Shown piece by piece: positions 1-10,559 of a stretch of DNA of 64,000 bases. The notes beneath the pieces are model-generated. The model had not been told where the DNA came from and did no database searches. It saw only the letters and a program-made list of their open reading frames with translations. Source of the DNA: an uncultured delta proteobacterium (GTDB lineage: Bacteria; Desulfobacterota; Binatia; UBA9968). The position numbers were made by a program, and so were the translations under genes. The stretch spans positions 41,044 through 105,043 of the forward strand of contig CAVWLW010000041.1 in the NCBI GenBank assembly GCA_963755715.1, in the 5' to 3' direction. The number at the start of each line of letters is the position of its first letter. Positions within the stretch are counted from its first letter, which is position 1.

Positions 1-40
1 CCATCGCCGGCTCGAAGCCGCCGAAGCAAAGCCGCGCGAG

Positions 41-1000
41 ATGCTCAAGCTGCGTTTGGGACTTGGCTCGGCGCCGGCGCCGCCGCTGCCCAATTCGGTG
101 CTGTGGCTCGCCAAGGATCTCGGATTCTACGCCCGCGAAGGACTCGACGTCGAGCTGACAGAGTTTCAAGGCACGCCGCTGGCGATCGCGGCGATGGTTT
201 CTGGTGATGTCGATGTGGCGAATGTATCGACTTCGGAAGTCATCCGGATGAACGCGACAAAAGGCCAGCCCATGCGCGCCATCCACTCACCGGATGCGCG
301 CCTTTATTTTCTCATCGCCGCCAGGGAAGAATTCAAATCGGTCAGCGCCCTCCAAGGGAGAACTTTCGCGGTTTCGCGCATCGGCAGCGTGGATCATTCA
401 CTCTCTTCGATTGCGTTAAAAGCCCTCGGCCTCAATCCCTCCAGCTTAACCATGGTAGCCATGGGCGTTCCCTCGACCCGTGCCCAGGCCCTGGTGGCCG
501 GACGCATCGACGCTACGTCGCTTTCAGTGGGCACATGGATTACGATCCAGAAGGAACCGGGCGTGCGCATTTTGGTCGATCACAACACCTACTTCGAGAA
601 CACCGCGGTGGTCGAAAAAGTGAACGCGGCCACAACTAAAGTTCTGGACGAAAAACCCGAGCATCTGCGGCGCTTCACCGGCGCGATCCTCAAGGCCAGC
701 CGGCATTTTGCGGAAAATCAGGACGCCTGGGTGGCCGCCATTACCAAGCGCCGCCCCGACCTCGATCGCGCCGACGCGGCCAATCTCTGGACAGGTTTTA
801 AAACCGCTTGGGCGGTAAACGGCTTGATGAATCTCGACGTGTACAGGAAAAGCTCGGACTTTTTTTACCAAGTGGGAATGTTGGAGAAGGTTCCGAAAAT
901 CGAAGTTGCGGAATGGGCTGATACTCGATTCGTCGACGGCGTGCTAAAGGAAATCGGCGTCAACGCCAACGCCGATCCCATCGGCCGAACGGTGCGTTAA
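41..1000 (+). CDS. ABC transporter substrate-binding protein, NMT1/SsuA/THI5 type (probably 5'-truncated by the window edge)
   Basis: WLAKDLGFYAREGLDVEL, AMVSGDVD, LQGRTFAVSRIGS and ALVAGRIDA motifs. The frame is open to the window start and no signal peptide is visible. Confidence 0.85.
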   Translation: MLKLRLGLGSAPAPPLPNSVLWLAKDLGFYAREGLDVELTEFQGTPLAIAAMVSGDVDVANVSTSEVIRMNATKGQPMRAIHSPDARLYFLIAAREEFKSVSALQGRTFAVSRIGSVDHSLSSIALKALGLNPSSLTMVAMGVPSTRAQALVAGRIDATSLSVGTWITIQKEPGVRILVDHNTYFENTAVVEKVNAATTKVLDEKPEHLRRFTGAILKASRHFAENQDAWVAAITKRRPDLDRADAANLWTGFKTAWAVNGLMNLDVYRKSSDFFYQVGMLEKVPKIEVAEWADTRFVDGVLKEIGVNANADPIGRTVR

Positions 1001-1114
1001 TCGCGGCGCGACGCTCGGTGTTTGACCCATCGTAAATGCATTGTTCAAAATGGTTGAAAGCGGTATAGAAACCTGACTGAAGAACCTCGTAACAAGTCTT
1101 AGGAGGACAAACCC

Positions 1115-2195
1115 ATGACCATCGCACTATCCCACGGCGGCACTACGATCTATTCTTCACCCTCTCCGTCAAACGAAGTCTTGGTCGGCACTCGCGAAGG
1201 CGTCGTAACCATCGCGAGAGAGAACTCTGATGCGGAATGGCAGGTCACACACCGCGCCATTCCCGACAAACACATCAGCGCGATGATTACCGAACCCGAG
1301 AGCGGCTTGATGTTCGCCGGCGCATTTCATGGCTCGGTGCAAATGAGCGCCGACGGGGGCAAGAGTTGGGAGCCGCGCGGCAACGGCATGACGCAAGAAC
1401 AATGTCTATTCGCTCGCAGCGAGGCGCGTCGAATGGCCGCGTCGCGTTTGTTTGCCGGCACCGAACCGGCGCACCTTTTCGCCAGCGACGACCTCGGAGT
1501 GAATTGGCAGCGAAATACCGTCGCTGCGCTCCGTGCCGAGCGTGCCCAAGTGGAATTTTCCCGCGCCGCCCCACATCGGCCATGTTAAACACATCAACTT
1601 CGATCCCGATAATCCTAAGACGATTTATGCCTCGGTCGAAGTCGGCGGTCTCCTCCGCAGCACCGACGCCGGCGAGCACTGGGAAGAATTTCCCAGCTTG
1701 TATGAAGACGTGCATCGGCTGATGATTCATCCGACGAACGCCAGATTCTTATACGGCGTCACCGGGCGCGGACTTTATGTCAGTCCCGATGCCGGTGGGA
1801 GTTGGGAACAGTGGACGAAGAGAGAAGATGAAATCGGCGGCTACCCGGACGGCTTCGTGTTCCGTCCGTCGGATCCGAAACTGATCTTGATGACCGCCGC
1901 GCACGACGCGCCCGGAACCTGGCGCACGACTCACTTCGCCGGCGCGCGCATCTCGCGCAGCAAGGATGGCGGACGAACCTGGGAGATTTTGCGCAACGGC
2001 CTGCCCGACCGCTTGCAGGCAAGTATCGAAGCTTTCTGTTTGGAGGAAGCAGGCGACTCGACGTCGATCTTTGCGGCGACCACCGCCGGCGACATATTCT
2101 GCTCCAATGATCTCGGCGACAGCTGGCAAAAAATTATCAGCAACTTGCCGCCGATCTCCAAAGCCGGCCACTATCGAAACCTCGTGGCGGCGTGA
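1115..2195 (+). CDS. BNR/Asp-box (WD40/YVTN-like) beta-propeller protein, frameshifted at ~1400-1535
   Basis: Repeated SxDxGxxW boxes (SADGGKSW, SDDLGVNW, STDAGEHW, SPDAGGSW, SKDGGRTW, SNDLGDSW) are spread over ORFs 1115-1588 and 1533-2195. RBS aggagg upstream. Confidence 0.8.
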
Positions 2196-2207
2196 CCTGC
2201 ATACAAA

Positions 2208-2235
2208 CGCGTCGGGTGAGAAATCACCCGACGCG
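2208..2235. terminator. Hairpin between convergent genes, likely a bidirectional terminator
   Basis: Perfect 12-bp stem cgcgtcgggtga-gaaa-tcacccgacgcg. Confidence 0.7.
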
Positions 2236-2259
2236 CTGAAATTGTGTTTAAAAAAATAA

Positions 2260-2901
2260 TTAGAAAAACTTCAACCGCAGTTTGCGAGCGGCAAAGCCCA
2301 CGAAGCCCATAGTGAAAAGTAGCAAACTGCTCGGTTCGGGAACCGACGCTGTTTCTGCGGCAGCCAACTGTGGCACGAACTCCGCTCCGGTGAGATTTAA
2401 CTGCACGGTGCCTGTTTGGGAATGATATGGATTCACGGTCCAACCTGTGACCGGATTCAGTTGGCTATTTTCCGGGACGCTGCTGAAAAGATTATAGGCG
2501 ATCAAATAAATTCCAGCGGACTGTCCTGTCAAATTACCGGCATTTACTTGAGACAACCAGCCCGGCCCGCTGTCATCATTATTGAACACTAAATTCCCGA
2601 GCGCGTTCAGAATGTAGAGTTCAGTGTCATTGTCTCCGCTCAGAGACGTTCCAATCATATCCACCGCGAAGATGCTGGGATCGGGAATATAAATTCTAAA
2701 TACATCGGTATCGTTGGCCGGACTGAGTGTACCCATAATTGTGTTGAGAGCACCGGTGCCGATCGGCGTTTGCGCCGTGAGCGGTGTGTCGCCCGCGTCG
2801 CTGATTTCGTTCCAAGTCACGGCAGCGGCTGTCGTAGCGATCGAAATGAAGCATAGACACGTGACAAGGGCGCCGGCGATGTGTTGTCTCTTCAGTTGCA
2901 T
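2260..2901 (-). CDS. PEP-CTERM sorting domain protein with a PPC/DVUA0089-like secreted domain
   Basis: N-terminal signal peptide. C-terminal VPEPSSLLLFTMGFVGFAARKLR (PEP motif, TM helix, basic tail). DTDVFRI, DTELYIL and NDD motifs. Confidence 0.9.
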   Translation of the reverse strand: MQLKRQHIAGALVTCLCFISIATTAAAVTWNEISDAGDTPLTAQTPIGTGALNTIMGTLSPANDTDVFRIYIPDPSIFAVDMIGTSLSGDNDTELYILNALGNLVFNNDDSGPGWLSQVNAGNLTGQSAGIYLIAYNLFSSVPENSQLNPVTGWTVNPYHSQTGTVQLNLTGAEFVPQLAAAETASVPEPSSLLLFTMGFVGFAARKLRLKFF

Positions 2902-2937
2902 ATTTTTCTCCTCAAAAATTCTTTCGAGGAGAGCAAG

Positions 2938-2953
2938 AGCAACCGCCGTACCA
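2938..2953 (-). promoter_or_regulatory. Sigma-54 (-24/-12) promoter of the PEP-CTERM gene
   Basis: Minus strand reads TGGTACGGCGGTTGCT, matching TGGCAC-N5-TTGCW. A TTTACA-containing site lies further upstream (2996-3001), as expected for PEP-CTERM regulons. Confidence 0.75.
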
Positions 2954-3493
2954 CGCGGAATTTGACGTTTCGTTAAAAAGTCGCCACGCCGAGAGTGTAA
3001 AGAACCTTTATAGAAAAACTTCGATCTTGCAGACGCCGAGAATTCTCTCGAACTTTTTTCGGCCCTTACTCACTGGAATCGTCTTGTTAAAACAGTTTAC
3101 AAACTTAGAACCGCTTCCAATTTTTTGTGACAATGGTGCGGTCCTGTCATGTGACACTGTCAAAATCGCGCGAATGATCAAATGATGACACGCATGTCAT
3201 GCGATAGAAATTTGTTCCCGCGCTCCCGATCGTCTGCCTCTGATCGAGCGAGGAGAATCGTAATCGTGAAATGCTCAGCCTATATTCGGGCAAACTCTCT
3301 CCGGCGGATTCCGAATCGAAGCGATGATCGTCGCGCTAGTTCATTTAAAAATACTGTAAACGGTAAAAAGTCTTCTTCTGTTCCTTAGCGCATTCGATGC
3401 CCGACTTACCCGCGTCGAAGCCATAATCTCAATGTCGCTCGACCGCCGGCGTGAATTGAAGCTCCGGAAATTTAGTGGTAGACGAGAAAAGCT

Positions 3494-5564
3494 ATGTCCA
3501 AATACCGAGTTACCGTAGACACCGGGGGAACGTTTTCTGACTTTGTCTTTTTCAACGAAGACACGGGCGAGATCACGATTACAAAAGTTCCGTCGACGCC
3601 GAAAGAGCCTTTTCAAGCGGTCTTGAACGGCGTAAAGGAACTGATCGATCAAGGCGTGCCGGCGGGCGACATATCTTTTTTTTGCCACGGCACGACCGTG
3701 GGCACCAACGCGCTCCTCGAAGAGAAGGGCGCGAAAACAGGTCTCCTCGTTACCCAAGGCTTTCGCGGCATCTATGAAGTGATGGAGCAGACGCGCGGTT
3801 ACGGCCCGGCGACTTACGACCTCTTCTTCGAGAAGCCGCGCTTGCTCGCGCCCCCTTATTTAACCGAGGAAATTCCCGAGCGGGTCGACTTCCGCGGCAA
3901 CGTGCTCAAGCCCATCGACGTCGAAACTTCTCGCGAGGCCGTGCGCAGGCTCAAGAAAAAAGGCGTGCAATCGGTCGCCGTCTGCTTTCTTTTTTCGTTC
4001 TTGAATCCGGCGCACGAGCTCAAAATCAAGGAAATCTTCGCGCAGGAATTTCCCGAAGCGCGGCTCTCGCTCTCCTACGAAGTCCTGCCGCAGATCCGCG
4101 AGTTCTATCGGCTGAGCACGACCGTAATCAACGGTTATATTCAACCGGTCATGGCGAATTACTTGAGCCGTCTCGAAAACCGCATGCGCGAGATGGGCGT
4201 GACGACCCCGAAGCTCTACATCATGCAATCCAACGGCGGCGTATCGACGTTCAAAGGCTCGGGCGAAAAGCCCGTCGCTACGGTTCTTTCCGGCCCCGCC
4301 GGCGGCGTCATCGCGTCCATGGGTACCTGCGAGCGGGTCGGCATCAACAACATCATCACCTTCGACATGGGCGGCACGAGTTGCGATGTCGCGCTGATCC
4401 ACCAGGGAAATCCAGTAATCACCACGCAGGGAAAAATAAACATGCGCCCGATCGCGCTGCCGATGCTCGACATCCACACCGTCAGCGCCGGCGGCGGCAC
4501 GATCGCGCGCATCGACGCCGTGGGCGGTTTGCAAGTCGGCCCGGATAGCGCGGGCGCCGATCCCGGTCCAGTGTCTTACGACCGCGGCGGCGAAAACATC
4601 ACGATCACCGACGCCAATATCGTCACCGGTGTTTTGGACCCGGATCATTTCCTCGGCGGCAGAATGAAGCTCAACAAGAGCAAGGCGGAAAAGCTGCTCG
4701 AGGAAAAAATCGCCAAGCCGCTCAAGCTCAACTTGCTCGAAGCCGCCGACGGCGTGCTTAAAATCATCAACGTCAAAATGGAAGAAGCGATCAAGGCGGT
4801 CTCCTCGGCGCGCGGCTACGACATCCGCGACTTTACGCTGGTCGCCTTCGGCGGCGGCGGACCGATGCATGCGGGCAGAATGGCGCTCGACTTGGGCATT
4901 CCGTCGGTGCTGATTCCGCTCACGCCGGGCGTTCATTCGGCGCTCGGTTTGTTAATGTCGGACGTCAAGCATGACTACGTGCGCTCGAAGCTTGTCGGCC
5001 TCGACGAACTGGACTTAGATGAAATCAATGATCTGTTTCATCAGTTGGTCGACCAGGCGAAAGCCGAATTGCGCAGCGAAGGATTTCGCGACGAAGAGAT
5101 CAAGATCGAACCCTATCTTGGATTTGCGCTACGCCGGCCAGGGCTACGAGCTGACCGTTCCATGCATCATGCCGCCGCTCAAAAAAGAAGATCTTAAAGT
5201 GATGCGCCAGCGCTTCGACACGATGCACGAGCAAAACTCCGGGCATAAAGCCGAGACCGAACCGGTGGAGCTCGTGAGCCTGCGGTTGATTTCCCTCGGG
5301 CTGGTGCCGCAGGCCAAACTCTCGCCGGGAAAAATTACCGGCCGCAAAATCGACGAGGCCAAAACCGGCGAGCGCAAGGTTTTCTTTGGCAAAGAACACG
5401 GCTCGCTTACGACTCAGATCTACAATCGCGCCCTCTTCGAACCCGGCCATAAGCTCAGCGGCCCGGCGATCGTCGAACAATTAGACACGACGACGGTGAT
5501 TCACCCCGAGCAAGAAGCAACGGTCGACGAATACCGAAATATAATTATTAAAGAGAAACGATGA
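3494..5564 (+). CDS. hyuA: Hydantoinase/oxoprolinase subunit A (HyuA/OplA family), frameshifted near 5118
   Basis: DTGGTFSD, HGTTVGTNALLE, SGPAGG, DMGGTSCD, GAGGG-like and AFGGGGPMHA motifs. The C-terminus (DLRYAGQGYEL...GPAIVEQLDTT) continues in ORF 5019-5564. Confidence 0.88.
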
Positions 5565-7324
5565 GGCAAAAAGGCATGACTGTCGATCCCGTAACCCTAC
5601 AAGTTATCCAAGCGCGTCTCGCCGGCATCGTCCAGGAGATGCAGAACTCGCTGTTCCGCACCGGCTACTCGACGATCATCCGCGAGTCGCAGGACGCGAG
5701 CTGCGCGATTTTAAATCGCCAAGGCGAAGTCGTCGCGCAGCATGTTGTGCTGCCGCTGCACATGGGCGCTTTTCCGGCGTGCGCCGCGGGCGTTTTAAAA
5801 AATTACAGCGCCGACGAAGTGCATGAGGGCGACGCGTTTATTACCAATCATCCCTATCTCGGCGGCAGCCCGCACGCGCCGGACATGGCCGTGCTCTCGC
5901 CGATTTTTTATCAAGGCGAATGGGTCGGCTTCGCCGCCAATCTGGCGCACAAAAGCGACATCGGCGGTCCCGTGCCGGGTAGTTGCTGGAGTCAGGCGCG
6001 GGAAATTTACCAGGAAGGGTTGCACGTGCCGCCGATCAAGTACGTGCAAGCTTACAAAACCAGCAAAGACATCGAAGCGCTGCTCGGCTGCAACAGCCGC
6101 ACGCCGGAGCTCGTCGTCGGCGATCTGCGCGGCCAGGTCGGCGCGGCGCGCCTGGGCGAACGACGTTTTCAGGAAATGATGCAGCGCTACGGCAAGGAGA
6201 CAATACTCGAATCCTTCGAGCAGCTCTTCGCGTTGACCGAAGCCAAGGTGCGCACAGAAATCGCCTCGTGGCCCGACGGGGTGGGTGAAGGCGAGCGCTT
6301 CGTCGACAGCGACGGCATCGAGCTCGACAAGCCGGTGCGCCTGCACGTGCGCATGGAAAAGAAAGGCGATCGTTTATATTTTGATTTCACCGGCTGTGCC
6401 GATCAAACCAAAGGCCCAGCGAACATCCGCCCGACCATTGTGCGCGCGGCCTGCTGCTACCTGCTTACCTGCCTCGTCGATCCTGCGTTGGCGATCAATT
6501 ACGGCTTGGCCAGATGCATCGACATCAAAGTGCGCGACGGGAGCGTGGTGAACCCGCGCTTCCCGGCACCGGTCAATACCTATAACCCGACCGTCCATGC
6601 GTTAGTTGAATCCCTACTCGAAGCTTCGAGCCAGATCACGCCTCGGAAAAAGGTCGGCGACGGCTGCAGCAGCCGCTCGATCATCATCGGCGGGCGCAGC
6701 AACAAAACCGGCAAAGGCTACGTGCAGTACGAAATCTTCGGCGGCGGCTCCGGCGGCAGAAGCGGCAAAGACGGTGTCTCCGGCACCAACGTGAACCAGT
6801 CCAATGCCAAGATCGCACCGATCGAGATCATCGAATCGGAATTCGCGACCCGGGTCAAGCGCTTCGAACTGATCCCGGATTCCGGTGGTCCTGGCCGATT
6901 CCGCGGTGGCTTGGGCTTCGTGCGCGAGTACGAAGTCCTCGACAACGACGCGCGCTTTTCCCTGCGCTCGACCAAACACACGGTCGCGCCCAAAGGCATC
7001 GACGGCGGCATGGACGGCAAGACCGGCCACTGCACGTTAAATCCCGGCAAACCCGAGGAACGTGTCATCCCCTCGCGCTTCTCCGATCACGTGCTTCATC
7101 CCGGCGAAGTTTTCAGTCTCGAAACTCCCGGTGGCGGCGGTTTGGGCGATGTTCTCACCCGGGATCCCGAGCGCGTGCTCCACGACGTGCGCAACGGTTA
7201 CGTCACGCAAAAAAAAGCGCGCGAAGTCTACCGCGTCGCCATCGACGCGGCGGACGGCGACTTTGTGCTGAACGAAGCGGCAGACGCGCGAGCTTCGCTC
7301 ACAGGCGTGAGGCGAAAGGCATGA
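5561..7324 (+). CDS. hyuB: Hydantoinase B/oxoprolinase subunit, copy 1 (start possibly 5576; last codons possibly frameshifted)
   Basis: DPVTLQVI, SxIIRESQDASCA, NHPYLGGSPHAPD, HKSDIGG, DSGGPGRFRGGLG and TPGGGGLG motifs. Confidence 0.9.
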   Translation: MRQKGMTVDPVTLQVIQARLAGIVQEMQNSLFRTGYSTIIRESQDASCAILNRQGEVVAQHVVLPLHMGAFPACAAGVLKNYSADEVHEGDAFITNHPYLGGSPHAPDMAVLSPIFYQGEWVGFAANLAHKSDIGGPVPGSCWSQAREIYQEGLHVPPIKYVQAYKTSKDIEALLGCNSRTPELVVGDLRGQVGAARLGERRFQEMMQRYGKETILESFEQLFALTEAKVRTEIASWPDGVGEGERFVDSDGIELDKPVRLHVRMEKKGDRLYFDFTGCADQTKGPANIRPTIVRAACCYLLTCLVDPALAINYGLARCIDIKVRDGSVVNPRFPAPVNTYNPTVHALVESLLEASSQITPRKKVGDGCSSRSIIIGGRSNKTGKGYVQYEIFGGGSGGRSGKDGVSGTNVNQSNAKIAPIEIIESEFATRVKRFELIPDSGGPGRFRGGLGFVREYEVLDNDARFSLRSTKHTVAPKGIDGGMDGKTGHCTLNPGKPEERVIPSRFSDHVLHPGEVFSLETPGGGGLGDVLTRDPERVLHDVRNGYVTQKKAREVYRVAIDAADGDFVLNEAADARASLTGVRRKA

Positions 7325-7430
7325 GGCACGAGTAACGGAACCCAACAGCGTATCGGACTAGTAAGCCTTGCTATGCCATAATTGCGTACTCCTGTCCTGC
7401 TCATGCCTCACGCCTCGTGCCTCACGCCTG
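7302..7430. repeat. Inverted heptamer-array element (AGGCNNG)n ... (CNNGCCT)n
   Basis: caggcgtgaggcgaaaggcatgaggcacgag (7302-7332) pairs with the reverse complement of 7400-7430, caggcgtgaggcacgaggcgtgaggcatgag. Confidence 0.75.
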
Positions 7431-7434
7431 ACCC

Positions 7435-9166
7435 ATGGTCGATCCCATCACACTCCAAGTCATCCAAGCCCGCCTCGCCGGTATCGTGCAAGAGATGCAA
7501 AATTCCCTCTTCCGCACCGGCTACTCGACAATCATCCGCGAGTCGCAGGACGCCAGTTGCGCGATATTGAATGTCGCCGGCGACGTCGTCGCGCAGCATG
7601 TCGTCTTGCCGCTCCACATGGGCGCCTTTCCCGCCTGTGCCGCGGCGATACTCAAGAGCTTTCCACCGAGTGAAATTCATGAAGGCGACGCCTTCATCAT
7701 CAATCATCCGTATCTCGGCGGCAGCCCGCACGCGCCGGACATGGGCGTGCTGACGCCGATCTTTTACCAAGGCGAATGGGTCGGCTTCGCCGCCAACATG
7801 GCGCACAAGAGCGATATCGGCGGCACGGTGCCGGGCAGTGGCTCTGGCAACGCGAGAGAGATTTTTCAGGAAGGACTCCATCTGCCGCCGGTTAAATTCA
7901 TGTCCCGGTTGCAGCCGGTAAAAGAGATCGACGCTGTGATCACGGCCAATAGCCGCACTCCCGCGCTGGTGATCGGCGATCTCAGAGGTCAGGTCGGCGC
8001 CGCGCGCTTGGGCGAGCGTCGCATAGCCGAATTAATGGACCGCTACGGCAAAGCCACAGTGCTGGAGTCCACTGAGCTATTGTCGGCATACACCGAAAAT
8101 CGCGTGCGCCAGGCAATCGCCTCCTGGCCCGACGGCGAATCCGAAGGCGAAAGCTTCGTGGATCACGACGGCATCGACCTCACCCGCCCGATTCGGCTCC
8201 ACGTCAAAGTCAAAAAACACGGCGATCAGCTCCATTTCGACTTTAGCGCCAGCAGCGATCAAACCCAGGGGCCGGCGAATATTCGACCGCCGCTGGTGCG
8301 CGCCGCCTGCGCTTATTGTCTGGTCGCGTTGGTCGATCGTTTTTTGCCGATCAACCAAGGTCTCGCCCGCACGATCGATGCGACCTTTCGCGAAGGAAGC
8401 GTCGTCGATCCGCGCTTTCCAGCGGCGGTAAATACCTACATGCCGACGGCACTGACCGTCGCGGAAGCCGTCCTGAGAGCGCTCGCGCCGTTTGTTCCCG
8501 ACAAGCGCATCTCCGGCGGCTCGGGCAGCGCTGCATTGGTGCTCGGCGGACGCGATGCCAGGAGCGACCGTGCCTTCGTGCACTATGAAATTTTCAGCGG
8601 CGGCACCGGCGCCCGCTCCGGTAAAGACGGCGTCTCGGCGACCGCGTTTCACCTGAGCAATTGCAAAACGGCGCCCGATCGAAATCATCGAGTCTGAATT
8701 TCCCGCTCGGGTCGAGCGCTTTGAAATGATCGCCGATTCCGGCGGCGCCGGCGAATGGCGCGGCGGTTTAGGTTTCGCCCGCGATTATCGCATTCTCGCC
8801 GACGACGTGCGTTTCTCCATGCGCACCGACAAACACACGATCGAGCCTTTCGGCAGCGATCACGGATTGCCAGGCGGCAAGGGCGCTTGCATCATCAATC
8901 CCACCAACAAAGACCCAATACGGATGCCATCGCGCTTCGGCGATCACCGCTTGCGCACAAACGACATTGTCCGCGTCGAGCGCCCCGGCGGCGGCGGGCT
9001 TGGTAACGCACGCGCGCGTCCGGTCGAAAGCGTGCTCGAAGACGTACGCCAAGGGTATGTTTCAGTCGAGCGGGCGCGGTCCGATTACGGGGTGGTGGTC
9101 ATGCACGCCGACGAGGGACCCAAGGTCGACATTGCCGAAACTCAAGTTTTACGAGGAAAAAAGTAA
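7435..9166 (+). CDS. hyuB: Hydantoinase B/oxoprolinase subunit, copy 2, frameshifted near 8675
   Basis: Paralog of 5561-7324 with a near-identical N-terminus. The C-terminal part (DSGGAGEWRGGLG, PGGGGLG) lies in ORF 8726-9166. Confidence 0.87.
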
Positions 9167-9242
9167 AAAATAGTTGGCAATAGCCTCGTGCCTCTGCTAT
9201 ACACGTACCTAAATAATTTTATTCCTTGAAGGAGGAAAACGA

Positions 9243-9515
9243 ATGGCAGCAGCAAAAAAGAAACGTAAACCGAATGCGGCGTTCATGAAACCGGTTCAGC
9301 CGGACACCGCACTCAGCGCCGTGGTGGGTAACAAACCGATCCCGCGCACTGAGGTGACGAAGAAACTGTGGGCCTATATCAAAAAGAAAGGGCTCCAGGA
9401 CAAGAAGAAGAGGACCAACATCAATGCCGACGACGCATTGAAAGCAGTTTTCGGCGGCAAGAAAACCGTCACGATGTTCGAGATGACCAAGCTCGTCAGC
9501 AAGCACCTCAAGTAA
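9243..9515 (+). CDS. Stand-alone SWIB/MDM2 domain protein
   Basis: PNAAFMKP...LSAVVG...PRTEVTKKLWAYIKKKGLQD...INADDALKAVFGG...MFEMTKLVSKHL. Strong RBS aaggagg. Confidence 0.93.
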   Translation: MAAAKKKRKPNAAFMKPVQPDTALSAVVGNKPIPRTEVTKKLWAYIKKKGLQDKKKRTNINADDALKAVFGGKKTVTMFEMTKLVSKHLK

Positions 9516-9671
9516 GCATCGCCAATCCCAAATTTTGCCAGGGCCAGGAGCACTCCGGCGCGAGCGCTCTTGGCCTTTGTGTTTTAGCTCTCCGTGCTCT
9601 CAAACGCAGCGTTGACATGCAAACGCGCCTTCCATTACTGTCGTTTCATATCTTAGTCTCTGACAAGGACA

Positions 9672-10541
9672 ATGCTTATGAATGAAACCGCGTACAAAGG
9701 CTTTCGCCTGGACGAGATGGAGTATCAATACAACCCGCGCGTCTCCGTACCCGAATATCCGGAGCTTGCCAAAATGCGAGCGGCGCAAGCGCGCAAAGTG
9801 CGCGATAGCGCCAAGTCCTGGCTCAACGTCGCCTATGGCAGCTCGCCGCGCGAGTTGCTCGATATCTATGCCGCGGATAAGCCGGCCGGACCGGTGCTCG
9901 TCTATATTCACGGCGGCTATTGGCGCAGCGGCAGTAAAGAAGACAACTGCAACTTTGTGCCGACGTTCACCCAGCGCGGCGCCACTGTCGTGCTCGTCGA
10001 ATATGATCTCTGCCCGCAAGTCACGGTCAGCGACATCGTCCGGCAAACCCGCTCAGCGATCGCTTGGACTTATAAAAATATCGTCCGCTACGGCGCCGAC
10101 CCGGCGAAGCTGTTTATCGCCGGCCACTCCGCCGGCGGCCATCTAACGGCGATGGCGCTGGCGCACGACTGGGAGAAAGATGGCTTGCCGCGCGATCTCA
10201 TCAAAGGCGCGGTTGCCACTTCGGGCGTGTACGATCTCCAGATGGTGATGCAGATCAGCGTGCAGGAGGACGTGCGCATGACGCCTGAAATCGCCGCGGC
10301 GAATAGCCCGATAATTCATCCGCCGCGGGTAAAATGTCCTTTGCTCGTCGCCGTCGGCGGCGCAGAACCAAAAGGCTGGCAGCAAATGTCCGAAGATTAT
10401 TTTCAGTTCGCTAAACAGCACGGCATGAATGCGACCTATCTCGTCGAGCCCGACGCGAATCACTACACCATGTCGGAGCATTTGCTCGACGATCGGCGTC
10501 CGCTGACCCAGGCGATGATCCGTCAGCTGGGGCTTAGCTAA
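9672..10541 (+). CDS. Alpha/beta hydrolase, arylformamidase (kynurenine formamidase)-like
   Basis: YNPR, AYG...LDIY, IHGGYW, GHSAGGHL, SGVYDL and NHY motifs. Confidence 0.85.
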   Translation: MLMNETAYKGFRLDEMEYQYNPRVSVPEYPELAKMRAAQARKVRDSAKSWLNVAYGSSPRELLDIYAADKPAGPVLVYIHGGYWRSGSKEDNCNFVPTFTQRGATVVLVEYDLCPQVTVSDIVRQTRSAIAWTYKNIVRYGADPAKLFIAGHSAGGHLTAMALAHDWEKDGLPRDLIKGAVATSGVYDLQMVMQISVQEDVRMTPEIAAANSPIIHPPRVKCPLLVAVGGAEPKGWQQMSEDYFQFAKQHGMNATYLVEPDANHYTMSEHLLDDRRPLTQAMIRQLGLS

Positions 10542-10559
10542 GCTTACGAAAGGAATTCA

